DNA of 64,000 nucleotides. Origin: Bigelowiella natans CCMP2755. Taxonomy: Eukaryota; Protista; Cercozoa. Shown one piece after another: positions 13,301 to 26,100 of this stretch. Every line of letters begins with the position of its first letter. Position 1 is the first letter of the stretch. The position numbers and the translations under genes were made by a program. The notes beneath the pieces are model-generated. The model was not told the origin of the DNA and ran no database searches. It saw nothing but the letters and a program-made list of their open reading frames with translations. The stretch is taken from NCBI GenBank assembly GCA_000320545.1, contig ADNK01003488.1:2303-66302 (forward strand), written 5' to 3'.

Positions 13301-15362
13301 GAGCATACGAAACGCTAAGAAAACCAATATAGGGCGAGCGTCGAAGTTCGAGGACGAGTTTAAGGTGGATTTTGAAGAAGATGGGGTAGCTGATAAATTC
13401 ATGGACGATTTTGCTCAAGACGATATTGGAACATACCATGAACGCTGGGAAAGGACCAAGGGATATCTAAACCTCCTTTGTCTATTTTCGAAAGATTTCC
13501 GAGTAAGACTTCCTAGTACAGATAGCGATCAGAAACGTCTAGATGATATTATGGAACGTAGCGAGATTGAGTTGCGTCAGCATGGCATGTTCTTCAAGAT
13601 GGAATTGCTGATTTTGCTAAATGAGGATCGAAATAAACATGCAACTCAATTGTGTAAGATATTAGAGGATGTAGAGATGGATATTCAGGAGAACCAGTTT
13701 GATCTCATTCAGATATTACAGTTCTTCCTCGACGTATTCAAATCTGTGATTTCTGGATCACTAAAATTGGAGGAAAAGAAGGATCTGGAATCTCGAAGAG
13801 GCATTTCTCAAGTGAAGGCTCGATGCAAGGCTGTTTTCGATGAGATTACGAAACTTTGGAATCACGATGAAATTACGATCTCACCGGAAGAAAAACTGCT
13901 GATATTGCGCTGTATCATACCCGGGATTCGAAGCGGCCTTCTTAACATCCAACATATGTTATTATCCTCCACAAAGGACGAAAACTACTCCATTCGACTG
14001 TTCTGTTCTCGTGAGTGTGCGAAGTTGCTGACCTTATTCAAGAATGGGCGTAAGATATTCGACACCTTCCGCAAACAGGTCTTATGATCACACTCAATTC
14101 ACATTTGAAGTAAATTTAACGGTTTTTTTTTTCATTCTTCTACTTAAATAGATCAGAGGACAACTAGAGAATCTGGCGCTTCCACGAGACGAATCTTTTG
14201 CGCGTAGTCTAATGGCTACTTTGTGTCAGTTTGCACTGAGAATTCCTTCGGTTCGTTCCCTTGTTCTATTAGATTTGTGCTACTTCGCAGGAACACAGCC
14301 GCAGTTATATCCTGTTTGTCAGCTAGCATATGTGCAACTGTGCAAGGCAGTCCATCATATGGAAGATACTTGTATTTCAGAAAATAATAAGCAAAGTCAC
14401 AATCAAGATAAATTAAGTAGTAGCAGTGATCACGATGAAAGATACAGGAACGTCACAGCGTCGTCTTTGCTAAGAGTTCACATGGAATACGTAATCACCG
14501 AGTGGTTTGCGTTGGGCTGCACGTTTCGGGATTTTCCATTCCAACTTCTCGGTATCACGACTCTTCCAACATGATCGTTTAACTTTTTGCCAACAAAGAA
14601 ACTGACTTAGTTTTCGTCCACAGATTCGTATTCCGGAAAGGCTACCTCCTATTCATTCACGCAGAAACATCAACGACCGTCAGAGTCAATTGCGCATCAC
14701 TTAAATAATTTTGAGAAGCAATTATCATGTGCAGCCGTGCTTTCATACAAATCTCATCATGGGGTCCTAGTGGAAATTGCTAGCATTTTGAATACATCCG
14801 TTGCAAAAATTCTTCGTAGGCATTTTGCAGGAATATTTGCTAGGGTACATTCAATGTATTTTCCTCGGGATGAACTAGACGAGGAAAAGAATAATTCTTT
14901 GTACGACAGAGCAAAAGCAACGATGGAATATTTCAAGCGCCAGATTGGTGAGGATGTATACAATAGAATGTACCGGAAGCAAGATGATTTGATTATGTCA
15001 ATCATGGAACTCGTCACGGTTGAGGGAACAAGGACATTACCTCAGTGTAGAATTGAGGATTTACTGGACATGTTAACAAACATAGCTGAGAACATGCAAC
15101 CGGCTATACCACTAGCCAAACTTTTATGCCGAAAAGAATCTGATCGCATTCAAATGGTATTTCACCGGTTTCAATTATGGTTTGATTCACCATCATTTAA
15201 TAATCGGCAAAAATGGAGCCTGTACCAACTTCTTCGCAAAATTTTGCTTGAAGTTCTGGATGAAGAAATACAGAAGCCAGCGATTTTACGCCCTGCTTTG
15301 CACTTGGTATTGTGGCTAATTCCTAGATTTGATGAGTATGCTGAACAGTCGAGAAGTAATGT

Positions 15363-15394
<32 letters not shown>

Positions 15395-18300
15395 AGGCCA
15401 ATGGTGGTTTGGGTGGGAAAACCTCCGGTGGTACCGTCTACTCCACCCTTCAATTGCTACGAGATTTCTGTGGCAAAGTGATGAAACTCAACCCACAGTC
15501 TCTCTCCAAGCACTTACAGGATATTGTCACGGCCCTTGTACTGTATTATAGAAGAGCAGAGGCTACCTTTCATGATGGTAGGTTAATGATTGAAAAGGTG
15601 AAGAGAAGGGGAGGCATTCTAGAAGATTTTGATGGAAATGGAAAGGTCCGACAACGTGATAGAGAACTGTTCCAAGGTAGGACCAAAGGCATTGCATCGC
15701 TTTTAGATCTTATAATTGGAAAAGCGTATAAAGAGCATCCTCGATTCTTTGTGGAACCTATCCGCTCTCTTACGCCAATGCCCAAGATTCCATTGTTTGC
15801 ATTTGCCAATAGGGTATGCAATCACTTATGCAAGAAGGACAATCTCAGTCAAAAAATAAAAAGATTTATTGCCAACGTATCGAGATCTCATTCCTGGTTT
15901 TCAAGTTCTCATCACGTTCCTGGAGCCTCCCATTTGCTAGATCTTCTGAGGATGAGTAGACAAGAAATGCTGGTGATGATGGAAAGTAGGAATGAAGCTG
16001 AGGTGATCGCTGAGTTGCAGCAAGTGCTTGTTGGTTTGTGCGCTGAAGAGAATGGTTCCTGCGAGGAAGTTAGGCAGCTTGCAGGTTTGTGTTTAGGAGA
16101 AATTGGAATACTATTGCATGGAGGGGAAACCGCTTCCGCACGAAGAAATGCAAATATCGTCGAAAGTGATGATGGCGACCAAGAATCTGATCAAAGTGAA
16201 AGTTTATTGGAAACATCACATCTCAGAATCGTCCTTTGGCTACATCAATTTCTTAGAGATTCAGATGCAAAGATTGTATTGATAGCTGCAGAAACATTGC
16301 GAGAGATCTTGTCCGAAGATGAAGACACGCTAGCGTGGAGTCAATTGCCTTCTTCCGTGCGAAACAATCTGAATCCATATCGATCGAAAGCGCTGAGGCG
16401 AAAAGAGGCAAAAAGTAGGAGGGGCAACAAGTCGACGGATGTTGCGGCATCGTCGTTGTCATGCCTCCAGCAGACAACCGCTGCTCTGGGTCGAAATGTA
16501 ACAGGTCGTTCGTTATTTTCTATTCTCAGTTACTACCACTATCATCGTTTTGATAATTTTATCACACCACTATTTTCAATATCATCATCACCATCTATAA
16601 CTTGTTCACTCCTATCTGTACTCCTCCTCCAGGACATGAAGTAGAAGACTTGTTGTGGGATCCGAGAGGGAAATCGTCAGCAAAATGGGTCACGAATATC
16701 ACCGCTGCCTTGGCTACTAGAGCCCGGGATCCTATCTACAGATATACTTCACGAATGTGTCTCGCAAAACCAGAATTTGCATCTTTCATGCTCCCACGGC
16801 TTGTGTTTGATGTGATGTGTTCATCTCATGAGATGATGCACCAACAATCCCACCACTGCATACCCGCAGACGCTGATAATAAAGGTGTTATCTCTGGGAA
16901 GGATAATGATTCAGAGTTTTCCGACTCATTTTGTTGTACAAATCAAATAAATGTTCAACTCCAACGTTTCGTGAATGGACGCAATAATGATGGATCAGGG
17001 GATCAAATTGATGAAGCAGTTATGGATGACATTTTCCGAGTCTTGCATTACGTCCGCAAAAAGCATATTAATATTATGAAAGAAACACACCTATCTCGGC
17101 GCAAAGAATCGAAAGCATTAAGGGAAATTTTAGGGAAACACGAGGACAAGCTAGATAAATTAGTAGCTGTGGAAGCTGCTTGTTATCTTCAGATGCATTT
17201 CTCTGCATTAATATTTCTAGAGGCTTTTTACAAGGAACAACACGTAAGTGATCAACCAACAGGAGAAATGAAGCAAGCAATCGATTTTATGGGGCATTCG
17301 AGTTCCAACAGCTTCTTAGAAATTCTCAAAAAAAATGTCGGTGATAGCTGCCCAACGGGGGTTCCATCAATTTCTCGGAAGCAAACCATGAAAGAGTCCT
17401 CAAAGAATGTGGCCAGAGTTGAAGTTAGTAGTAGAGAGGGGGGGATTTGCAGGCGATTTCTCACGAAAATATTTCGAGCTAGCGACGATCCTGATGCAAT
17501 ATATGGAGTTCCAGCCGTATCTTCAGATATTGAAACTGAGCTCTTACTAACGGAACATGAGGAAAAATGGCCGAAGGTGCTACAGATATATGATGGAATG
17601 TGTCAAGAGCAAGAAGAACAGCAACGTACCTCAGAGTATGATGGAAAGGTTAATAAATTCCAGCATTCTTCGCCTCCCTCACAGGCCTCTTCATGCTCTG
17701 AGATAAGATCGCCATCAAAAGTTATATCCATTTCTGGAAAAAAACGCACAAGATCATCGTCAACCGGAAACGAAACGGGAATTCATATGTCTTCGCAAAG
17801 AGGCTCCATAGCCAATTCCGATCAAGCAGCAGTCGCCGAGAAGGGTGGTTTACTGTCGATGTCATCGCCTTCTTTGGATGGAATTAGTTCGAGTACAGAT
17901 GTGAAGCCATTCAGGTACCAAATGCAGTTACAAAGAGGATTGACAGATAGCCTTCACCGTATGGGTTATTGCTACTTGTTACAAAGATATATGGAGCATA
18001 TTTCCAAGACAAACACGTCTATTTACGAGGAGCTTGCTGATAGTCATTATGAAGTTGCATGGAAGAGTAGTAATTGGTCATTAGAGCAGTCTAACGGATC
18101 CAGCAGCACTGTCTTGCCACCAAGTACCTTCCATGTTTCTTTATACAGAGCTCTTGTTGGATTGAAAGATTCAAATTTAAGATTAGTAGATTCAAATATT
18201 ATGTTAGCTCGCTCAGAGATACTTGGGACGATATCACGTATAGGGAAAAGAGCGGAAAGTTTTGCTATTGTAATGCCATCGATTGTTCAGCTCCAACTTC

Positions 18301-19917
18301 TCCATGATATTCAAGAGTCTAGGGACCTTATCTTCATCAAACAACGACAGGAGGAACAAAAATATCACTTTTCAAAGGGAGACTCTGCGTCAACTCAGGA
18401 CTTAGAGGCCCTTTATCATCATTCATTCAGGACAAATAACAACAATAGCAGTTTTTTGTCCTCCTCCTCCTCCTCCTCCTCCTCCTCGAATTCATTGGTA
18501 GATTTCCAGGAAATGTACTCTAAGAGAATAAGGCGATATCATGGTAAGTTCCAGCTAATAGAACCTGTATTGAATCTAAGAAGCGTGCTCTTGGAAATTG
18601 CTGGAAATCACAACCTGCTAGGGAACCATCTACATGAGGCTTCTAAGCTAGCACGAGAAGCACGTGTTCCGCATACTTGTCAAACTTTTCTTCAAAGGGC
18701 TACCCGACACCCAGAATTGAACTTTATTCATCGCATGAAAATTTTGCTCGAAGAAGCTCACTTACTCTGGGATGCAAAAGATGAGCAACGAGCTATTAGC
18801 CACGCAATGCATCTTGTGAGAAAACTTCGAAGTTGTAATCAAGAAGTCTTTAGAGATATTTCTCCTCGAGAGATTGTTAGGTATCAAGTGGATCTGCATT
18901 GTCTTCTTGGGGAATGGCTATCTGAAACATTGAGCGAGGGCACTGAAACTATCAATCGTATTCTAGACAGCGCTAAGCAGCCTGTACTCACTACTACCAC
19001 AGCAGCAGCAGCAGCATTGGTTAAAAGACATAGTAAGAAGATGAGAACGTCAAAGCATCATGACAACAAGAATGGAATGGATGAAGATACCACTATAACT
19101 CGAACAAGTCCAACTGGAAAAGAACTGCATAAGGTCAATTACCAGATGGGAAAATTTCATGATCGCATGCATCAACGATTGATTGCTCAAAAGAAATCCG
19201 TGGAATATCAAAGAAGTCACAAACTTATGAGAGAGAACATGACAAAGTTTAAGACTTTGCAAGATGGACTGAAGCAGCAGGATGAAGCTAAAAAAGGTGG
19301 TAGTGGTGGTAGTAGACGAAAGCATCTCGTCTATACCAAAGCTGAACTCCGTTCCCATATGAATATACTGCAAAAGAATATTGATATGGACAGGAAGAAG
19401 CATGAGGCTTTGGAAGAAAACATTCAAATATCTCTCGTAAAAGCGATTAGATGTTATGGACAATGTTTAGTTCAGGGAGACGAGTATGATCGTTCAGTTT
19501 TATACCGACTGATATCTCTTTGGTTTTCTAATTCAAATAACGAGCAAGTATCCCGTCAGATGGGGTATGCAATTCGAAACATCCCTATTTACAAGTTTAT
19601 GCCTCTTGTTTATCAAATCGCTTCCCGACTGAAAGTATGGAATGGTGCTCCTAATCATCAACAATCACCTGCTTCTTCCTCTAAAGCCGTACAGTCCAGC
19701 AGCGAAATGCTATTTAGGAGCACAGTGTATACTTTGGTGAAAAAGATGGCTATCAAATATCCCTTTCACACATTGTACCAAATCTTTGCACTGGAAAATG
19801 GTGACAAACTCCACAAGCAATCTCGCCTTTCTAAAGGCTTCCAAATTGATGTTGAGCGGAAAAATGCTGCCAAAATCATGCTCACGGAGCTTAAGGTAGT
19901 AAGAAATCTTGCAGTAG

Positions 19918-19948
<31 letters not shown>

Positions 19949-21697
19949 TATTAATTTATTGATGCTACTTTCAGTGCGTGCAGACCATTATCATCATCAA
20001 CTCATCATCATCATCATCACCATCATCATCATCATTATCATCACTTCCAATGGTTTTCATTCAAAAACACACCAGCAGAGTTCAACGGCACAATCGAAGA
20101 CCGTGAATGCTATTGGGCACCTCATAGAGGCATTTATCGATCTCTCAAACAAGCGTTTTCCACAGTCTAATGAAAGACGAAGAAAAGTTTTAGGTGATAA
20201 TAACTATACTACGCTATTGGTGGTAAATAAAGACTACTAGTAGTAGTAGTAGTAGTTGTAGTAGTAGTAGTAGTAGTAGTAGTAGCAGTACCATAATTTT
20301 CCTTAATGTCGAGGATTATTTTCCTGAACGATATTATTATTTTCCTTCGTCTCTCATTGTACCCTAGTAATCTCCAATAATCTCTTTTTTTTGTTTTTAC
20401 TCTGTCGCTCAATCACTCCAATATTTTTCGTCCTGTCCTGTCAGCCCTGCGGTCTATACCACTGAGTAAGCTGAGCAACGAAATGCTTGAACTATTGCCA
20501 GTGCCTACCTCGACGTTAGAGGTCCGCCCTGATGGGGATTACTCACAAGCTCCAAAAATTAGCCATTTTGGCAAAACGGTTAAATTTGCAAATACAGGCA
20601 TCTCGCGTCCTATGATTATTGAGTGTACCAACACGGACGGCCAAAGTTCTCGGTTACTCGCCAAGCCGAAAGATGATCTTCGTCAAGATGCGGTCATGGA
20701 GCAAGTATTTCGTCTTGTTAATGACCTTCTCTACGAGAATGTACACACACGCCGACGAAGACTTCGCATGCGAACGTACAACGTGGTTCCATTCACACCG
20801 TGTGTTGGATTGGTGGAATGGGTTGAAAATACCACCTCTATAGGAGATTACCTCACAAAACCACAGACTGGAGCGCATATTCGGTACGCACGACCAGATC
20901 AAAAATGGGTGAATGCCCATGATATCCAGAAATACCTCCTTTACGATGGATCAAACGGGAGAAACAAAAAAGGAAGTGGTACTGGGAAGAAAAAAAAGAG
21001 TCTATTCGAGAAATATCGAGAAATATCGAGGGACTTTCAACCGGTATTTCGCCATTTCTTTCACGAAAATTTTAGTGATCCTTGTGCGTGGTTCCATCGA
21101 AGAACCGAGTACACCCGAAGTGTGGCTGTGAGCTCAATTGTTGGTTATGTAGTAGGCCTTGGAGATCGACACTGTCAAAATATTCTAATTGATAAGCATA
21201 GTGCTGAATTTGTCCAAATCGATCTTGGAGTTGCGTTTGATCAAGGCCGTATACTAAAAACGCCTGAAATTGTACCGTTCAGACTTACAAGAGACATTGT
21301 AGATGGTATGGGAATCACAGGTGTTGAGGGAATTTTTCGCCGTTGTTGTGAAGAAACCATGAGGGTACTTCGAAGCCGAAAAGAGATGTTGCTCACTGTG
21401 CTTGAGGTTTTTGTCCATGACCCACTGTATAGATGGGCATTATCACCCGAAAAACTAGATAGATTACGCCCTAAGGATTACATATCACGACTGCCATCCG
21501 CAGGGGTTGAATCCAAAGAAGAGCGTGCGAAAAATAGTGATGCCGAAAGGGCATTATTCGGTATAAAGCAGAAACTGCAAGGAACTGAATTTGAAAGAAC
21601 TTTAAGTGTTGAAGGCCAAATAAAGACTCTTATAAACGAGGCCACCGACCCCAAAAATCTGTCGAAGATGTTCGTTGGATGGGCTGCGTGGGTTTAA
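10398..21697 (+). CDS. ATM: ATM/Tel1 serine/threonine kinase (PIKK family), ~3,500 aa
   Basis: PI3K-like domain with KDDLRQDAVMEQVF, GLGDRHCQNILID and IDLGVAFDQGRILKTPEIVPFRLTRDIVDGMG; FATC LSVEGQ...DPKNLSKMFVGWAAWV; FAT features RLISLWFSN and KFMPLVYQIASRL. Introns approx 10479-10532, 14079-14151, 14552-14623, 16505-16632, 19896-20074 and 20193-20444 join the ORFs in frame. Confidence 0.95.
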
Positions 21698-21799
21698 ATG
21701 ATGAATGAGGATTAAGTGGATAAATGTCTGTCTGCTGTGAAAAGATTCAAGTTAATTTTTATTATGACGATCACTTCGTTGCCACGTACATCAAACAGA

Positions 21800-22820
21800 A
21801 CGTAATGCATGCATCTGCACAATCAGGATCTGCGCATGAACAATCTTACATCATAAGCCGTGTGATGCGAATGGTGAGTCGCCTGTTCATTGTGCTAGTA
21901 TGCTCTGCTCGACTTTCTCTTGTTGCATCTACGCCACATGCTAGCTAGGATCTGTAATCTGGCAACATCTAGAGGTGACACCGTGTCATACATCTATCTA
22001 GACGACATGCGCCTACTCCAACCATAGCTAGGCGATTACAAGACAATGTTCTAAGCTAATAACTGCATCAGATGATAATTTGCTTGTACCGCACGGCCAT
22101 GATACGTCGGACACACAGAAGTAGTATGCTCTGATGTGTCAAACATGCTGTGATTCACGAACAACATCGCACGGGCATGAGCTCCAGACAAAAAAATGCC
22201 AAGGACCGCTAGACCGTCGCCTCCGCGAAACGCATGATACTGCATCACGTTTGCCTAGTTGCCAAAGTGACCCATCTGTGTCAGCTGTTTGATGTGACTT
22301 ATGCTGAGTGACGGAGCTATCTACTAGCTATGCAATGACGACGGCGTCACGAGCGAGCGCGAGATAGCACGAATAGACGCAATTCTTGATGCTTTACAGC
22401 CGCTTCCTTGTTTTCCCAGTGCGTGCGCTACACCATTAGCGACTTCAAGACTAAAACATTGATGTGCAAATAATGAACATGTCTTCCACCACATAACAAA
22501 CATGTTCATTGTGCACACATTGCGATCTAGCAATAATGGCGTGATCACAATCATTCACATGCGCCACACATGCATGCATGCGCCAGCATTGGCGGAGTAA
22601 GCATGCTACTTGCTTGATCTAAATATGTGCGCGCGCATGCACGTGCACACATAGCTCGCATCGCATTGGATGTATTGCTATGTGTGTGTGCGCATAGATC
22701 ATGATCATTTGTTGACAAAATGCGACACACATGACGACGGCGTCACGAGCGAGCGCGAGATGGCGCGAATAGACGCAATTCTTGATGCTTTACAGCCGCT
22801 TCCTTGTTTTCCCATAGTAG
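21800..22820. repeat. Partially TpA-depleted island B with 84-bp direct repeat (22335-22418 and 22731-22814)
   Basis: Repeat seen directly, with 2 differences, both A/G. Rich in CATG, TGCA and GCTAGC. Lies between convergent ATM and NPHP1 3' ends. Confidence 0.75.
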
Positions 22821-23173
22821 ACATAGCAACATGATATAGCAGCGGCTACAGTAGTCGCCACAGCCGGGCTCATTACGCGAGAGAATGTGCACTGGGTACC
22901 AGCACCTCCCCCCCATACCCTTGCCATACAGCGGCAATCGGCGGACACCACCTTCTTAGTGCGAATACGCGCAGGAGCGGCAGGAATAGTGATACTCTAT
23001 AATTTCCATGGATATACGCATGCTCATATCAAAATGTGCATTCGAATAGAAGTCGATATTAATGCCACTACGAGAGGTGATATACTGCGTAATACTATTG
23101 TGAAACCTATTTTCGCATTTATGTCTGTACCGCAAAGTCATTGAATGAACCAGCTATTTCGGAAAAAACGAAA

Positions 23174-26100
23174 TCATGCGTCATCCTCATAATCCAACCC
23201 ATAAAAAAGAGATTTGGTATTGAACGGCCGATACATATGCCCTCCCTTGGAAATTCCATCTGAAAGCAAAAGTTTAGTTGGGTCCGCATGCCTGCTATAA
23301 TTTCTCAGCAATTGAGTTCGTCTGTGATCTGTAATTCCAACGACCAGTTCTGGAAGTTCATACAAACTAAGAACTGGTAAGAATGTCAGTACAACTTGAC
23401 GGAATTTCTTTTTTACGTACTCATTCGAAGCGCCTGTTTTCAATTTTTTGGTCTTTCGGTTGGGAATACTTTTAAGTTCTGCATTCCATTTCTCAGCTAA
23501 TACTTGCAATGCATCAGGCATGTCCACTATTTTGAGGAGTAGGCGCATTGTAGTGTCCTGTGAGTACATGTACTCTAATGGCTGGTGAGGGGCGAGAATG
23601 CGATCAGCTGCGAGCTCATAATACAATTGCATCACTTTCAATGCTAGGCTCATCACGATGATATTTCTAGGAAGCCTTGGAAGCAGATCTGTACGATGAG
23701 GATTTTTGGGTAAATTTCGAGTTGGAATAATTCTTACTTTCATGACTGGAGATACTACGTGACCAAATATACTCCTTACGAGCTTCGTTAGCCCAGTTCT
23801 TTTTGCACGAATTTCTTCTTGCTTTATTTTCTCCATCGAGAAAAACGTACCCCCATGAACTTTGAGCTCTCTGACCTCTTTCCTAGTGCAACCTGCTGCT
23901 GCTTCAACATCCAACACCGCAAAGCCGCATGCAAGGTCATAACAGTCTTCGGCATCTACATACTCATCGGTCTCTTCATTGGAGTTTCTGCTGCTTTGAA
24001 TCAACTTCACTGTTGGTCTCCTAGATATTGAAGAAACCCTCTTTTTTTTTCCACCTTGTGTTTTCAGTGAATCTCCGTTTCGAGACCGCCTCCCCCCTCC
24101 TCCTTTCGAGTTATCGCTGCTGCTCCAGCGAGGCGTTCTAGCATAATGCCCTGGTAGTGGTCGGACAAGAACGGAAAGCTCAATCAGAAGAGTAGCATGT
24201 GGTCGTGTTGTCCTTACAACGAAAGAATTCCAGTGGTTTGGCTTATGTGAGCCACCACCACCACCACCACCTTTAGGATCTAGTCTCCACACATCCTCTT
24301 CCCTTTCACTCCATTTTACTTTAGAAATATGTACATTTGAAATAGGTTCGTTGTCATCAAGAATGCACACGCGAACACGTCTGGCAGCAATACGTCTTCT
24401 TGCCCTTTGGTTAGCTGGTATTGGTATACCAGCTGCTTGCAGTAATTCTACCATGACTGTCTTCGTTTCCATCTTTTCCATAGCCGCTGCTGCTTTTCTA
24501 TGCTGTCGTTGCTGCTGCTGTGGCTTAGGCGCCACTGTTGCGTATGGAAGAGGTGACTTCTGTAACATAGCCCGCTCTTCACCGCCTTTTGTAGAAGAAG
24601 GCTCTAAAGCAAAATCCTTCCAACAGAACCCACTCGGTTCATATTGGGGATGTATCCTATAAGACAACTTATTCTGCAACCGTTTATCGTAGCGTTTGAG
24701 CGCACTCAATCGATATGTTGTTGGCATGCCTTCAATATTAAAAAGGTAAGAAACAGGGGATGGCAGAACAGAAGACATAAGACGCCTTAAAATTAAGTTT
24801 CCAAGCCGAGTGCCATTAGTAATCATCCCCATAAACTCTTCAACGTCAACTTGACCGTTCGAATCCTTATCCGCCACACGGAATATACCTCTTGCAGTAC
24901 GTGGATCAACCCCTAGTTCCACCAGGCCTTCTTCAAACTCAGAGGTAGTGAAGTAGCCCTTTGCCCCAGTGTAGGATGAAATTACAGCTTTGATGGTTTC
25001 AACTTCCAGATCTTTCTTCATGTGATCTGATATCATCTGATTTGCATACTGTGCAAATTCCTTGAATCCTAATTCTCCATTTCCATCTTTATCTGCTTGG
25101 GCAAAGAGCTCTTCAATGGATCCATCGGATGGATCAAGGCCCATAGCACGAGTAGCAACCTTAAACTCCTCCAACCCCAAAGTCCTGTTCCCATTATCAT
25201 CATATCTATCTAAAATTGCTTCAAAGGCTATCTGCATGTCAGCCATTTCAGCCCGCTCTAGCTCCTGATACAATCCAGATTCCCCAAATATAGAAGATCT
25301 ATTACCTTTTCTTCCAAACGATGATTTTATTGAGGAGGACGGATGAGGAAAGGCTGGTGTGTCTTGAGAAAAATTATGCTTCATCTCACGTTGCGAATAA
25401 CGATGATTGGAGACGTTGTCTTGATGTTTTTCGTCGTCGAAACTATCAGTCATCTTCTTTGTTTCCAATTTGTGGTCACTGTTATGGGGTTGCTGGTTAT
25501 TAAAATTGACTCTGTCCCCATGCTGAATCTGATTTTCAGAATGTTGTTTTATATCGTCTTCATCACTCTTATATCTACCTACTTGATCATCGTGATTCTC
25601 ATTATCTGACTTGTTTTCAGGAGGAGAACTGTTTTGATGGTAATTTTGTTCCTGCTGCTCTGCTTGGCCAAGATACGCAAGGACTCGTTCATAACTCGGT
25701 TGCACCTCCAATACATTAGGATCTGGATTTGTGATTAAATCAACAAATTCCTCTAATTGCCGCATATTTTCCTCTGAAACTTCATATCCACGGGACGCCA
25801 ATTCGGTTTGAAAAGCAGCATAATTCCGAGTGTGGTACATTTTGTAGAGCATCACGAAAGTTCTATATTGTTCAAATGATAGGCGAACTCCGCCAGAATC
25901 TCCGTACAGTAAGAATTGGTTCTTACTACTACTACTACTACTACCTTGGTCTAAGTTATTAGCTTCCTCATGCTTAAGCCACTCACAAAACATGTCTATG
26001 AATGTATCATTATAGTCGTGATGGTATCCGTAGCCGAGTTCTCTTAAGGCGTCAAGTACCTCATCGTTATCTATCACTCCATTTCCATCGACATCGTATT

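Noticed and set aside
22335-22814. Diversity-generating retroelement TR/VR pair (repeat with A-specific differences plus an RT in the window)
   Set aside because: Only two differences, non-coding location, and the RT is a standard LTR-type enzyme within its own element.
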